Origin: Fidelibacterota bacterium
GTDB lineage: Bacteria; Fidelibacterota; Marinisomatia; Marinisomatales; TCS55
Length of the DNA stretch: 45,882 nt
Assembly (NCBI GenBank): GCA_036166315.1
Contig: JAYZHS010000068.1
Coordinates: 1 to 45,882 of the forward strand
Reading direction: 5' to 3'
In this document: one piece after another, positions 33,122-42,956 of the stretch
Layout of the letters: every line of letters begins with the position of its first letter
Position numbering within the stretch: position 1 is the stretch's first letter
Program-made: the position numbers and the translations under genes
The notes under the pieces: model-generated
What the model was told of the DNA's origin: nothing
Database searches by the model: none
Seen by the model: the letters and a program-made list of their open reading frames with translations, nothing else

Positions 33122-33898
33122 ATGGCAAGAATATCATTAGCACTCCTTTTTGTATATCTTTCTATTTCTTATGCGCAGCCCTCTGGAAAATCTATCATTT
33201 TGAAAATGGAACAACAAATGAAGCCAGTTGATATTGAAATGGATTTCAAAATGACCCTTATATCAAAGAATAAAAAAAATAAAAAGAAAACCCACTTTCG
33301 TAAAATGAAACAGTTCGAAAAACGCTATCAAGATGGAAAGTTTAATTCCAAATTATTATTACGATTTATAGAGCCTAAGGAAGTGCGAGGGTACAGTTTG
33401 CTAAACTGGGATTGGGCTGGAGAAAAAAATGATGATCAATGGCTTTACATACCAAAATTAAGAAAAGTAAAACGAATTAAGCCATCAGAAATATCTCGAA
33501 ATTTTCAAGGAACTGAATTCACATATGGAGATTTTGTAGGTCGGGAAGTTAATTTAGATAATTATGAACTTATTTCTAATGATGTGTTCAATGGAGATGA
33601 ATGTTATTTAATCAGGGCAACCCCGAATGATGATTCAAGTTATAAAGCAAGAATACTTTGGATTGATAAGAAATTCTACCTTATACGAAAGATAGAATTT
33701 TATAATTCTAAAGATGAAAAAGTTAAAATTTTAGAAATACCTAATTATGTAAAGAATAATCAATACTGGACACCTACTAAAAAAATTATGGAAAACCTAT
33801 TGAATGGAAATATCACAGAGATGGAGGTATTAAAGGTTAGCTATGATCAAGGATTGAAAGATAATCTTTTTTCAGAAAAAGGCTTGAAGAGATTTTAA
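33122..33898 (+). CDS. Outer-membrane lipoprotein-sorting (LolA-like) protein, copy 2
   Basis: Signal peptide LALLFVYLSISYAQ. Motif DQWLYIPKLRKVKRIKPSEISRNFQGTEFTYGDF is paralogous to copy 1. Confidence 0.75.
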   Translation: MARISLALLFVYLSISYAQPSGKSIILKMEQQMKPVDIEMDFKMTLISKNKKNKKKTHFRKMKQFEKRYQDGKFNSKLLLRFIEPKEVRGYSLLNWDWAGEKNDDQWLYIPKLRKVKRIKPSEISRNFQGTEFTYGDFVGREVNLDNYELISNDVFNGDECYLIRATPNDDSSYKARILWIDKKFYLIRKIEFYNSKDEKVKILEIPNYVKNNQYWTPTKKIMENLLNGNITEMEVLKVSYDQGLKDNLFSEKGLKRF

Positions 33899-34057
33899 AT
33901 TAATAATCGGTATCAAGTTTAAAATCATTAATTAATAGATAATTAACATAGCGTTAATATAAACAAAAGGTAAAGTGTGTATTTTAGTCAAATAAATAGA
34001 TTATTAAATGCGAAACATTTGCTTTTGGTATTAACATAGAATAAATAATAATTACTG

Positions 34058-35095
34058 ATGAATATTGTATATGGCGTTCAAGGAACTGGAAACGGCCACC
34101 TGACAAGAGGTTTAGCGCTAATTCCTAAATTGCGATCTCAAGGTCACAATGTAAGAGTTGTAATTAGCGGTAGAAAAAAAGACACACTGTTTGGCGTTGA
34201 ATCATTAGAACCTTTTGAAACGTTCGAAGGATTATCATTTGAAGTCAAAAAGGGTAAAATTAATTATATTAAATCATTCTCCAACCTTCGCCTTTTAAAA
34301 TTTTTTAGAGACGTCCGTCAATTTAATCTTGAAAATATAGATTTAGTGATAACCGATTTTGAACCCGTAACAGCATGGGCTGCAAAATATAACAAAGTAA
34401 ATTCAATTGGTATTGGTCACCAATATGCATTTTCTTATGATATTCCAATGGCAGGTGAAAATTTTATTACCAAATTAATTTTAAAAACATTTGCACCGGC
34501 TAATATAAATATTGGAGTGCATTGGCATCATTTTGACCAACCAATTGTTCCGCCAATCCTTCCATTTATCAATCGAAATAATAACAAACCAATTTCTAAA
34601 AAAATATTAGTCTATCTTCCTTTTGAAGATTTAAATGATATCGTGGAATTATTAAAACCATTTAAAAACAATTCTTTTTATGTATATCATGATATTGAAA
34701 AGCCTAAAACTATTGGCAATATCAATTTAAAACCTTTTTCAAGGTCTGGCTTTGAAGGTGATTTACTCAGCTCAGAAAAAGTATTATGTAATGCAGGATT
34801 TGAATTACCAAGTGAGTCACTAATCTTAGGAAAAAATATTCTTTTAAAACCACTTATTGGGCAAATGGAACAATTATCAAACGCCGAGGCAATGAAAAGA
34901 TTAAACTGGGGTTATGTAATGAATGATCTTAACCCAAAAATCATAAGCGAATGGATTGATCAGCCCCCATCTAATCCAGTGAGTTATCCTGATACAGCGC
35001 AATCAATAGTTGAATGGATTAACTCAAAATCATTTAATAATATCGATAAGCTATCATTGAATTTATGGAAACAAGTATCCGGAAGAGAAATATGA
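34058..35095 (+). CDS. Glycosyltransferase of the MJ1255/TIGR00661-like (GT28-related) group
   Basis: The N-terminal IVYGVQGTGNGHLTRGLAL (GTGNGH.TR) matches that family as I remember it. About 345 aa, two Rossmann-like halves. Confidence 0.6.
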   Translation: MNIVYGVQGTGNGHLTRGLALIPKLRSQGHNVRVVISGRKKDTLFGVESLEPFETFEGLSFEVKKGKINYIKSFSNLRLLKFFRDVRQFNLENIDLVITDFEPVTAWAAKYNKVNSIGIGHQYAFSYDIPMAGENFITKLILKTFAPANINIGVHWHHFDQPIVPPILPFINRNNNKPISKKILVYLPFEDLNDIVELLKPFKNNSFYVYHDIEKPKTIGNINLKPFSRSGFEGDLLSSEKVLCNAGFELPSESLILGKNILLKPLIGQMEQLSNAEAMKRLNWGYVMNDLNPKIISEWIDQPPSNPVSYPDTAQSIVEWINSKSFNNIDKLSLNLWKQVSGREI

Positions 35096-35172
35096 AACAA
35101 GCAGAATCATCAATTTCAATAAATTCTAAAGTTAAAGTGATTTGATTAACTAAAAAACTGTGAACCTATCAA

Positions 35173-35856
35173 ATGAATAAAAAATTAGTTTTAATTGTTG
35201 ATGACGAAAAAGATATCCGAAATATTATTCAATACAATCTTGAACAAGAAAACCTAAAATGCATTACAGCTAGCGATGGAGATGAAGCGTTAAAAAAACT
35301 AAATGAAAGTCCCGATCTAATCATTCTAGATATAATGATGCCTTCATTGGATGGCTATGAAGTTTGCCGCACTATTCGTAATCAGGGCAATACAGTTCCC
35401 ATCATTTTTTTAACTGCTATGGACAGAGAATTTGATGAAGTCAAAGGTCTTGAGTATGGTGGAGATGATTATATTCGAAAACCCTTTAGCCCTAAACTGT
35501 TGATTGCTAGAATTAATGCTATTTTTCGAAGAATTGATAAAATTAAAGAAAAAGGTGAAATTATTGAACATGAAGGTCTAAGGATAAATATAAATAATTA
35601 TTTAGCAGAAGTAGATGGTAAAGAAATTACCTTACCAAGGAAAGAATTTGAGTTGCTAGCTTTTTTTATGAGCCAGCCTAATAAAATTTTTACTAGAGAA
35701 ATTTTATTATCATCCATTTGGGAAGATGATGTTTATGTTGTTGATCGAACTATTGATGTTCATATAAATCGCATCAGATCTAAACTTTCAAATTATAAAA
35801 ATTGGATTGAGACCGTAAAAGGTGTAGGTTATAGATTCAGACCAAAAAAAAATTAG
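35173..35856 (+). CDS. OmpR/PhoB-family response regulator
   Basis: Receiver domain (VDDEKD, DLIILDIMMPSLDG, IRKPF) and winged-helix output domain (VDRTIDVHINRIRSKL, VKGVGYRF). Confidence 0.9.
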   Translation: MNKKLVLIVDDEKDIRNIIQYNLEQENLKCITASDGDEALKKLNESPDLIILDIMMPSLDGYEVCRTIRNQGNTVPIIFLTAMDREFDEVKGLEYGGDDYIRKPFSPKLLIARINAIFRRIDKIKEKGEIIEHEGLRININNYLAEVDGKEITLPRKEFELLAFFMSQPNKIFTREILLSSIWEDDVYVVDRTIDVHINRIRSKLSNYKNWIETVKGVGYRFRPKKN

Positions 35857-35862
35857 TTTTTA

Positions 35863-37284
35863 TTGTTTAAACTTCGCCAAAAATTATTTCTTACACTCTT
35901 TGCTCTTCTTTCAATAGGGCTAATCACTCCTACCCTTTTAACTAATAGATATATCGATCGTGAAGTTAGAGAAGAGATAGCTAATACTTTGCTTTCACAC
36001 GGGAAGGCTTTTTCATTATTTTTGTCAAATAATAATAAACTTTCAATGATTCAGGCTGCATCTTATTATTCTGATGCTACAGGGCTGCGAATTACTCTAA
36101 TAAATAAAGATGGAAAAGTATTAGGCGAATCTGGTTTAAGTGCAAATGAAGTTTCCTTGATGGATAATCACCTTGATCGGCCTGAAATCCAGCAGTCAAA
36201 TAATAAAAAATTCGGTATTGCAACACGATATAGCAGCACTTTAAAAAAAGATTATATATACGTTGCATTAAAAATTGATCTAGAACCCATAACCTATATT
36301 CGAGTTTCTCAGACTATGGATTTTGCAAATACTTTAATTACTCATAGGCAGGCTTATCAATACAGAATAATTTTTCTTATTTCACTAATTTTAATTGCGT
36401 TTACGTTTTTGCTTGATCGCTGGGTTACATCACCAATTCGAAAAATTTCTAAAGTTGCCCAAAAGATTAAAAGTGGAGACTGGTCATCAAGATCAGAAGT
36501 TAAAGGGTCTGATGAAATAGCAGATCTAGCAATTAGTGTAAATGAAATGGCGGAAACTCTGGGTACTGATATTTCAAAAATTATAAGTATGAGCGAAGTT
36601 CGATCAGAGTTCCTTATCAATGTTACGCATGAATTAAAAACGCCAATAGCGTCGATTAGTGGCTATTTAGAAACCTTACTAGATGGAGCATTGGATGATA
36701 AAGAGGTGAATAAAACATTCCTGAAAAGATCATTGAAAAATATAAAAAGACTTGAAGTTCTTGTTACTGATCTTGTAGATATTTCAAGAATAGAAACCGG
36801 TGAGTTAATTATGAATATGTCACAAGTTGATATATTAACATTGATTGAAGAAATGGTTAGTGATGCTAACAGCACTAAAAAGAATAGTAAAATTGATATT
36901 AAAATAAATAATAATTTGAATGAAAAAGTTTTTGTTAACGCAGACCCTGATCGCATCCATCAGGTATTTAATAATCTATTATCAAATGCAATCAGATATA
37001 CCGATGAAGGGCAAATTGCAATATCAATAGAAAAAAATGATAATAAGGTTTATCTTTCAGTTTCTGATACAGGGGTAGGAATTGAAACAGAGTCAATTGA
37101 AAGAATTTTTGAACGTTTTTATCGTACTGATAATGCAAGAAGTCGAGCTAAAAATGGTACAGGGCTAGGATTGTCTATCGTAAACCATATAATCAAAGCA
37201 CACGGTTCAACAGTAAAAGTCGAAAGCCGGCTAGGAGAAGGAACCGAGTTCTCTTTTGAATTAGAAGTTTACTCAAAAGACTAG
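35863..37284 (+). CDS. Sensor histidine kinase (periplasmic sensor, HAMP, HisKA, HATPase_c)
   Basis: TTG start 6 nt after the RR stop. Two TM segments flank a ~140-aa loop. H-box HELKTPIASISGY, N-box LLSNAIRYT, G-boxes DTGVGI and GTGLGLSIV. Confidence 0.9.
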   Translation: MFKLRQKLFLTLFALLSIGLITPTLLTNRYIDREVREEIANTLLSHGKAFSLFLSNNNKLSMIQAASYYSDATGLRITLINKDGKVLGESGLSANEVSLMDNHLDRPEIQQSNNKKFGIATRYSSTLKKDYIYVALKIDLEPITYIRVSQTMDFANTLITHRQAYQYRIIFLISLILIAFTFLLDRWVTSPIRKISKVAQKIKSGDWSSRSEVKGSDEIADLAISVNEMAETLGTDISKIISMSEVRSEFLINVTHELKTPIASISGYLETLLDGALDDKEVNKTFLKRSLKNIKRLEVLVTDLVDISRIETGELIMNMSQVDILTLIEEMVSDANSTKKNSKIDIKINNNLNEKVFVNADPDRIHQVFNNLLSNAIRYTDEGQIAISIEKNDNKVYLSVSDTGVGIETESIERIFERFYRTDNARSRAKNGTGLGLSIVNHIIKAHGSTVKVESRLGEGTEFSFELEVYSKD

Positions 37285-37287
37285 TTT

Positions 37288-38364
37288 ATGATGAAAATTA
37301 TAGCGCTTAACTCATCGAAAAATTGGGGCGGAAACGAACGATGGTTGACATCAGCGATGAATGCCTTGGCTCTCAATAATCATTCTATATTTTTAGTGCA
37401 TCGCAAACATGCAACGCATTGGAACAATCTCCATCCATCCATAAAATTAATTGATGCACCTTACACTAATGAATTAAGTATAAAAACAAAATCGATTATA
37501 AGAGAAATTATTGATGAAAATGATATAGATATTTTGCTGTCAACCAAGCGTAAAGATTACATTCTTGCTGCTCAGATAAAAAATAAGGTAAACGTTTCGC
37601 ATATAATGAGATTAGGAATATCAAGACCGATACTTAAAAGAGACTTTATTCAAAGATATATTATTTCCAATCAGGTAGATGGGATAATTGTTAATGCAAT
37701 AGCTTTAAAAAAGGAATTACTATCCTATAAATTTATTAAAAGAAATTTCAATTCAGATAATATAGTATGTATTCATAATGGTTATGATACTCTAAGAGCG
37801 CATAATGATAATGAGGTAAATAAAAATAGAATTTTTAAAATTAGAAGTGCCGGAAGATTAACAGTACACAAAGGTTATGATATTTTAATTGAATCATTGA
37901 GAAAATTTGATGAATTTAATATTAAATATAAAATTGAAATTGCAGGTGATGGCCCTGAGTTCAATAATTTAAATAACCTTATCAATAAATATAATCTTCA
38001 AAATAATTGCGAGCTTGTTGGTTTAAATAACGACATCGTTAGTTTTTTTAATGGAGCTGATTTGGTTGTTATACCTTCTAGATCAGAGGGCATACCCAAT
38101 ACTTTATTTGAAGCCTGGATGGCAAAAAAGCCAGTTATTGCAACAAATGTTGGAGGAGTTTCAGAAGCTATTGATCATGAGGTAAACGGAATAATATGCG
38201 AACCTAAATCAGATGAATTGCTTACTGCTTTCAAAAATTTTATTAATAATAAAAATCTCTATAAAGATATGGGGAGAAAAGGTTACAATACATTGATAGA
38301 ATCATTCTCAATGGAAACCATGACAAAAAAGCTAGAAAGCTATTTTCAAAGTTTTATAAAATAG
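37288..38364 (+). CDS. Glycosyltransferase family 4
   Basis: GT-B C-terminal motif PSRSEGIPNTLFEAWMAKKPVIATNVGGVSEAIDHEVNGII (EX7E type). Confidence 0.85.
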   Translation: MMKIIALNSSKNWGGNERWLTSAMNALALNNHSIFLVHRKHATHWNNLHPSIKLIDAPYTNELSIKTKSIIREIIDENDIDILLSTKRKDYILAAQIKNKVNVSHIMRLGISRPILKRDFIQRYIISNQVDGIIVNAIALKKELLSYKFIKRNFNSDNIVCIHNGYDTLRAHNDNEVNKNRIFKIRSAGRLTVHKGYDILIESLRKFDEFNIKYKIEIAGDGPEFNNLNNLINKYNLQNNCELVGLNNDIVSFFNGADLVVIPSRSEGIPNTLFEAWMAKKPVIATNVGGVSEAIDHEVNGIICEPKSDELLTAFKNFINNKNLYKDMGRKGYNTLIESFSMETMTKKLESYFQSFIK

Positions 38365-38377
38365 AATTTTTGTAATT

Positions 38378-39430
38378 ATGTCAAAAAATTTATCAACACA
38401 ACTGAAACACAAATTGCATCGAAGAATAATCGTTAATCTATTGAATAGATTATATCGTCGTGCTAATCCTAAAGAATTACCCGATTCGATTAATAGTATA
38501 ATCATTTTTGCACAAGAAAAATTGGGTGACGCAATCTTATTGCTTCCATTTTTAAATGCTTTACATAAACGTTTTCCGGATGCAGTAATTGATTTATGCT
38601 GTACCAGCTACAATAAAAAAATATTTGAAGGGATTCCATTCATTAGAAACTGTATAAGCTACAGACCATTCAATCTTAAATTTGCAAAACTAATTAGATC
38701 TGAAAAATATCAAATTTTATATAATCCAAAGAGCGGTCCTTCATCAACTTTTCATCATTTAGCAAATACAATCAAAGCTGATGTAAAAATATGCTTAGAT
38801 AACGTATATAATAATCCAATCTATAACTATCATCTACCCAATGAAGAGTCTAAACACATTGCTGAGAAGTATTGTGAATTGCTATTTAAATATGGCTTAA
38901 CTACACCAGTAGATAATTGGCTACCTGATTATTTTTATCAATTCCCATCTTCTGTCAAAGAAAAAAAGTATGTTGCGATAAACATGAGCGCTGGACACCA
39001 AGATAGGAGTTTTCCTATAGATAAATGGAAAAAGGTAATCACCTATATTTTAGAAGATGATCTAGAAATGCAGATTGCATTATTTTCATCAGAAAAAGAA
39101 AAAAATCAAGCAAAGCTGATAAAAAATATATTCAAAGAAAGGATACATTATCCTTTAGAATCGCCTAATCTTTATTACGCCTCAGGTATACTTAATGAGG
39201 CAGAAATTTTGATTTCAGTTGATACATCTTTGATTCATTTGGCAGCAGCATTAAACAAACCAATCATCGGCCTTTACAACAATGATAAAGTAGCTCATGC
39301 GCGTTATCATCCATATAATAATATTAGCGACTCAGTGATTTCTTCTACTAAATATATAAGAGATATACAGCCAGAATCAGTAATCAAATTGTATAAATCT
39401 TATAAAAATAAATCCAAACCAAGTAGTTAA
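38378..39430 (+). CDS. Glycosyltransferase family 9 (LPS heptosyltransferase-like)
   Basis: N-terminal KLGDAILLLPFLNALHKRFP and C-terminal SVDTSLIHLAAALNKPIIGLY are GT9 hallmarks. Confidence 0.75.
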   Translation: MSKNLSTQLKHKLHRRIIVNLLNRLYRRANPKELPDSINSIIIFAQEKLGDAILLLPFLNALHKRFPDAVIDLCCTSYNKKIFEGIPFIRNCISYRPFNLKFAKLIRSEKYQILYNPKSGPSSTFHHLANTIKADVKICLDNVYNNPIYNYHLPNEESKHIAEKYCELLFKYGLTTPVDNWLPDYFYQFPSSVKEKKYVAINMSAGHQDRSFPIDKWKKVITYILEDDLEMQIALFSSEKEKNQAKLIKNIFKERIHYPLESPNLYYASGILNEAEILISVDTSLIHLAAALNKPIIGLYNNDKVAHARYHPYNNISDSVISSTKYIRDIQPESVIKLYKSYKNKSKPSS

Positions 39431-39468
39431 TTAAGTTCAAAAAATTGTTAAATAATATTTTTTAGAAA

Positions 39469-40242
39469 ATGGATCAAAACTATAATCATCCAGTAATATC
39501 GTATATTGTTGTTACTTATAACTCACAGATTCATTTTCCAGAATTAATCAATAATCTCAATAGATGCACTCCGTTAGATCATGAAATAATAATTATTGAT
39601 AATAATAGTGATGATAAAGAATACCTATCTCCTTACAAAGTTATTTACAATAAAGATAACACCTATTTTACGAGCGCGGTTAATCAAGGGTTAAAATTAA
39701 TTGATAATAATTCAAAATATATTATACTTATCAATCCAGATGTTAGAATAAATAAAAACACTGTAGAAAAACTAATAAGTGATACACAAAAACTTAATGC
39801 CGGAATTGCAGGAAGTATTCTTTTGCGATCAAATCTTTCGGTCCAGCACGCAGGTGGGCAAAAATACGATACTAAAGATATTAACCCATTAGAGCTAAAT
39901 AGCCATCAGCATCTACATGATAAAGACAAGCTCAGAACTATCATAAATAATTATCCGAAAAAAGTTCAATGGGTTACTGGAGCTTTGCTATTAATAACCA
40001 AAAAAGCCTTAAAAGTATTGGGTGAATTGGATGAGAGCTACAATCATTACAAATCAGATCTAGAGTACTGTCTGAGGGCCAATGATGAAAAAATTAATGT
40101 TATCTGTTCATCTAGTATAGCTTTACATTTTCACAAAAAAAGTTCTAAATCTAAGAAAGGTAAATTAAATTTCTTTTTTACAAAGCTGAAATATTATCTG
40201 GCTCGAAAATACTTTGAATTAATTATGAATCTCAAAAAATAA
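39469..40242 (+). CDS. Glycosyltransferase family 2
   Basis: ISYIVVTYNS, IIIIDNNSDD and the INPD (DxD-like) region. Confidence 0.8.
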   Translation: MDQNYNHPVISYIVVTYNSQIHFPELINNLNRCTPLDHEIIIIDNNSDDKEYLSPYKVIYNKDNTYFTSAVNQGLKLIDNNSKYIILINPDVRINKNTVEKLISDTQKLNAGIAGSILLRSNLSVQHAGGQKYDTKDINPLELNSHQHLHDKDKLRTIINNYPKKVQWVTGALLLITKKALKVLGELDESYNHYKSDLEYCLRANDEKINVICSSSIALHFHKKSSKSKKGKLNFFFTKLKYYLARKYFELIMNLKK

Positions 40243-40249
40243 ATTTGTT

Positions 40250-41407
40250 TTGAATGTTGCAATAATCACAGGACACTTTCCACCAATGAGAGGAGGAGGT
40301 ATAGCAGAATGGGCTTTTGGAATAGCAAAGGAACTCCCAAATCTTGGCTATAAAACCTCTGTATATGCTAGACATCGTAAAGACCTTGATCTAGAAACTC
40401 ATAGAGATGAGAATTTTGAAATTTACCCAATGTATGGAAGAAACTGGCATGAATTTCATCGCTTTTACTCAGCTTATTATATGTGGAAAATTTTAAGAAA
40501 AAATAATGATACAATTTTTATTGCGACAACTTGGGAAATGGCAAAACCATTTAATTTCTTAAAAAAAAGATTTCCAAAAAGTAAAATGATAGTTGTAGCG
40601 CATGGCCTTGAAATAACACGCATAAAGTCGTCAAGTGAATTAAAAGTTATTAATAATGTTATTTCTTCTTCTGATATAGTATTAGCCGTTAGTCGATTTA
40701 CCAGAGATGAAATTAAAAATAAATTAAAGGATATCGATACGAGCCATGTAAAATTCTTACCTAATGGAGTGGATACAAATAGGTTTTACCAAACTGAGGT
40801 TGAAGCTGATTTTTACAATAAATATAAAATCCCACAGAATTCAGATTTAATTCTGACTCTAGCTAGAATTATTAAGAGGAAAGCACATGATGATGTTTTA
40901 AGAGCCCTGCCTGATGTCTTATCACAATTTCCTAAAGCACATTATATTATTGCTGGTCCACATCGCAAAGAAGATTCTTATTTTAGTTCACTTAATAAAT
41001 TAGTTGGTGAGCTCTCCCTTCAAAAGCATGTAACATTTATTGATTTCTTACCAGATAAAGATTTAAAAAAGATATACTCGATAAGCAAGGTTTACGTTAT
41101 GCCAAGTAGAAATTTACATGAAACAGGAGATAGCGAAGGTTTTGGAATCACATTTTTAGAAGCAAACGCTTGTGGCTGCCCTGTTATTGGGAGTTATGAA
41201 GGTGGAATTCCAGATGCTGTAGAGAATGAAGTAAATGGATTATTAGTCTCATCAGATAGTCCGCCGGAGATAGCATCAGCAATAAAGAAAATGTTTTCAG
41301 ATGAAGACTATAGAATGAATTTGGTTAAACAAGGAAAAGATAGGGTTTCTGAAAGATTTACATGGGAGAAATTGACTTTTCAAATGATCAAAATGTTAAA
41401 AAAATAA
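40250..41407 (+). CDS. Glycosyltransferase family 4
   Basis: TTG start. MPSRNLHETGDSEGFGITFLEANACGCPVIGSYEGGIPDAVENEVNGLLV. Confidence 0.85.
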   Translation: MNVAIITGHFPPMRGGGIAEWAFGIAKELPNLGYKTSVYARHRKDLDLETHRDENFEIYPMYGRNWHEFHRFYSAYYMWKILRKNNDTIFIATTWEMAKPFNFLKKRFPKSKMIVVAHGLEITRIKSSSELKVINNVISSSDIVLAVSRFTRDEIKNKLKDIDTSHVKFLPNGVDTNRFYQTEVEADFYNKYKIPQNSDLILTLARIIKRKAHDDVLRALPDVLSQFPKAHYIIAGPHRKEDSYFSSLNKLVGELSLQKHVTFIDFLPDKDLKKIYSISKVYVMPSRNLHETGDSEGFGITFLEANACGCPVIGSYEGGIPDAVENEVNGLLVSSDSPPEIASAIKKMFSDEDYRMNLVKQGKDRVSERFTWEKLTFQMIKMLKK

Positions 41408-41414
41408 AAGCGGT

Positions 41415-41858
41415 TTAATTTATCTGTAATTTTTCCCCCGTTAATCTTTTGTAAGCTTTCTTATATTTTTTAATTTTTTGCAAGTCAACTTTTGAAGCCT
41501 TCTTGTATCCTTTCCTCCTAGAAAAGTTATCAATTAAATCAGCTAACTTTACAGTTACAGCAAGATTATTATCCTTTAATCGATCGATGTAATGATTATA
41601 TTTTTCACCTTTTCTTCTAGATAACAAATCTACTGCTTTACATATTTTTTTATTAAATCCTGCCTGTTTTAATTCGGGTATTGAGATTTTCCCAGACTCA
41701 ACAACGTCATGTAAGACAGCCACTGTTCGCGAGTTATTATCATTCATCATTCCCATTACTCGAATAGGGTGCATAATAGCAGGCTCACGATTGCGCCCTT
41801 TTTTCCCTTTATGTATTTTGGCAGCAATAATAATTGCTTTATTTAATTGATTCTTCAT
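41415..41858 (-). CDS. Small HD-domain hydrolase related to the RelA/SpoT (p)ppGpp hydrolase domain (SAH/Mesh1-like)
   Basis: AAKIHKGKKGRNREPAIMHPIRV ... AVLHDVVE ... KLADLIDN gives the H...HD...D metal triad in SpoT-like spacing. No synthetase domain. Confidence 0.65.
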   Translation of the reverse strand: MKNQLNKAIIIAAKIHKGKKGRNREPAIMHPIRVMGMMNDNNSRTVAVLHDVVESGKISIPELKQAGFNKKICKAVDLLSRRKGEKYNHYIDRLKDNNLAVTVKLADLIDNFSRRKGYKKASKVDLQKIKKYKKAYKRLTGEKLQIN

Positions 41859-41943
41859 ATTGATAATATATTAAGGTCGTATTATAATATTGTATATAAA
41901 ATTCATTCGAAAGTTAGTATTTAAAATTATCTTATAAATAATC

Positions 41944-42885
41944 ATGATTATAATTACAGGAGCTGCGGGATTTATTGGGTCTAATTTGGCAAAAAAGCTA
42001 AACGATATTGGTAGAAATGATTTAATATTGGTTGATGATATAAATCATCCATTAAAAAAAGATAATATTGATCAAATCAAGCATTATGAGCTCATAGGAA
42101 TTAATGATTTTTTATCTTGGATTAAGAAAAGTAAAAATCAAAAAATAAGTTCAGTATTCCATCTTGGAGCGTGCTCTGATACCCTTGAAAGAAATTATAA
42201 ATATCTAACACAAAATAACGTAGTCTACTCTCAAAAAATATGGCAGTATTGTATTGAGGCTGATGCTGAATTCATTTATGCCAGTAGTGCAGCAACATAC
42301 GGTGATGGAATGAATGGTTTTTCAGATAGGCATGATTTAATCACCAATCTCAAACCCCTTAATGAATACGGTCAAAGCAAACAGGATTTTGATGAATGGG
42401 CATTATCACAAAATAATGCACCAAATTTTTGGGCAGGTCTTAAATATTTTAATGTATATGGACCTGGCGAAGCGCATAAGGGTAGGATGGCAAGCGTAGT
42501 ATGCCATTTTCTTGATCAATTAAAAACTAGTTCTGAAATAAAACTTTTTGATTCATCGCATGGGGTTGGCCCCGGAGAGCAGAAAAGAGATTTTGTGTAT
42601 ATTGATGACGCTATTGATATGACATTGTTTATGATGAACAAGAAATTTAAATCAGGTATCTATAATATTGGTTCAGGAACTACAAGTACTTTTAATGAAT
42701 TAGCAGAGATATTTTTAGAAGAAAAGCTAGCAAAAGCGATCAAATATATACCTTTTCCAAAAGACCTAATATTGAACTACCAGGCATATACTTGCGCTGA
42801 TATGGATAAACTCAGATCTATTGGATATAATATTGAGAGCACATCTTTAGCCAGCGGCATTAAATCTTATATAAATCAAAAATAG
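41944..42885 (+). CDS. hldD: ADP-L-glycero-D-manno-heptose 6-epimerase
   Basis: Collinear with E. coli HldD/RfaD: IIITGAAGFIGSN, FHLGACS, IYASSAATYG, YGQSK, LKYFNVYGPGEAHKGRMASVV, KRDFVYIDD, YQAYTCADM. Confidence 0.9.
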   Translation: MIIITGAAGFIGSNLAKKLNDIGRNDLILVDDINHPLKKDNIDQIKHYELIGINDFLSWIKKSKNQKISSVFHLGACSDTLERNYKYLTQNNVVYSQKIWQYCIEADAEFIYASSAATYGDGMNGFSDRHDLITNLKPLNEYGQSKQDFDEWALSQNNAPNFWAGLKYFNVYGPGEAHKGRMASVVCHFLDQLKTSSEIKLFDSSHGVGPGEQKRDFVYIDDAIDMTLFMMNKKFKSGIYNIGSGTTSTFNELAEIFLEEKLAKAIKYIPFPKDLILNYQAYTCADMDKLRSIGYNIESTSLASGIKSYINQK

Positions 42886-42956
42886 TAAAATATTTCATTT
42901 CATTTTTATATATTGTAGATAACGAGGTAAGCAACTTTTAATTTTTTAAACTAATT

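Noticed and set aside
912-36956. Short ORFs in the six-frame track that lie inside, mostly antisense to, longer motif-bearing genes: 912..1103, 2826..3041, 5011..5262, 5886..6131, 8641..8895, 9890..10144, 10464..10655, 11566..11844, 12868..13059, 13870..14076, 14299..14484, 15273..15491, 16152..16343, 17191..17406, 19169..19462, 21514..21714, 25712..25927, 29137..29505, 29557..29883, 30046..30306, 31100..31384, 32388..32636, 36357..36620, 36663..36956.
   Set aside because: Each is almost entirely embedded in a longer ORF that carries clear family motifs. Their translations are low-complexity or odd in composition, with no recognisable domains. This is typical of chance open frames in AT-rich DNA.
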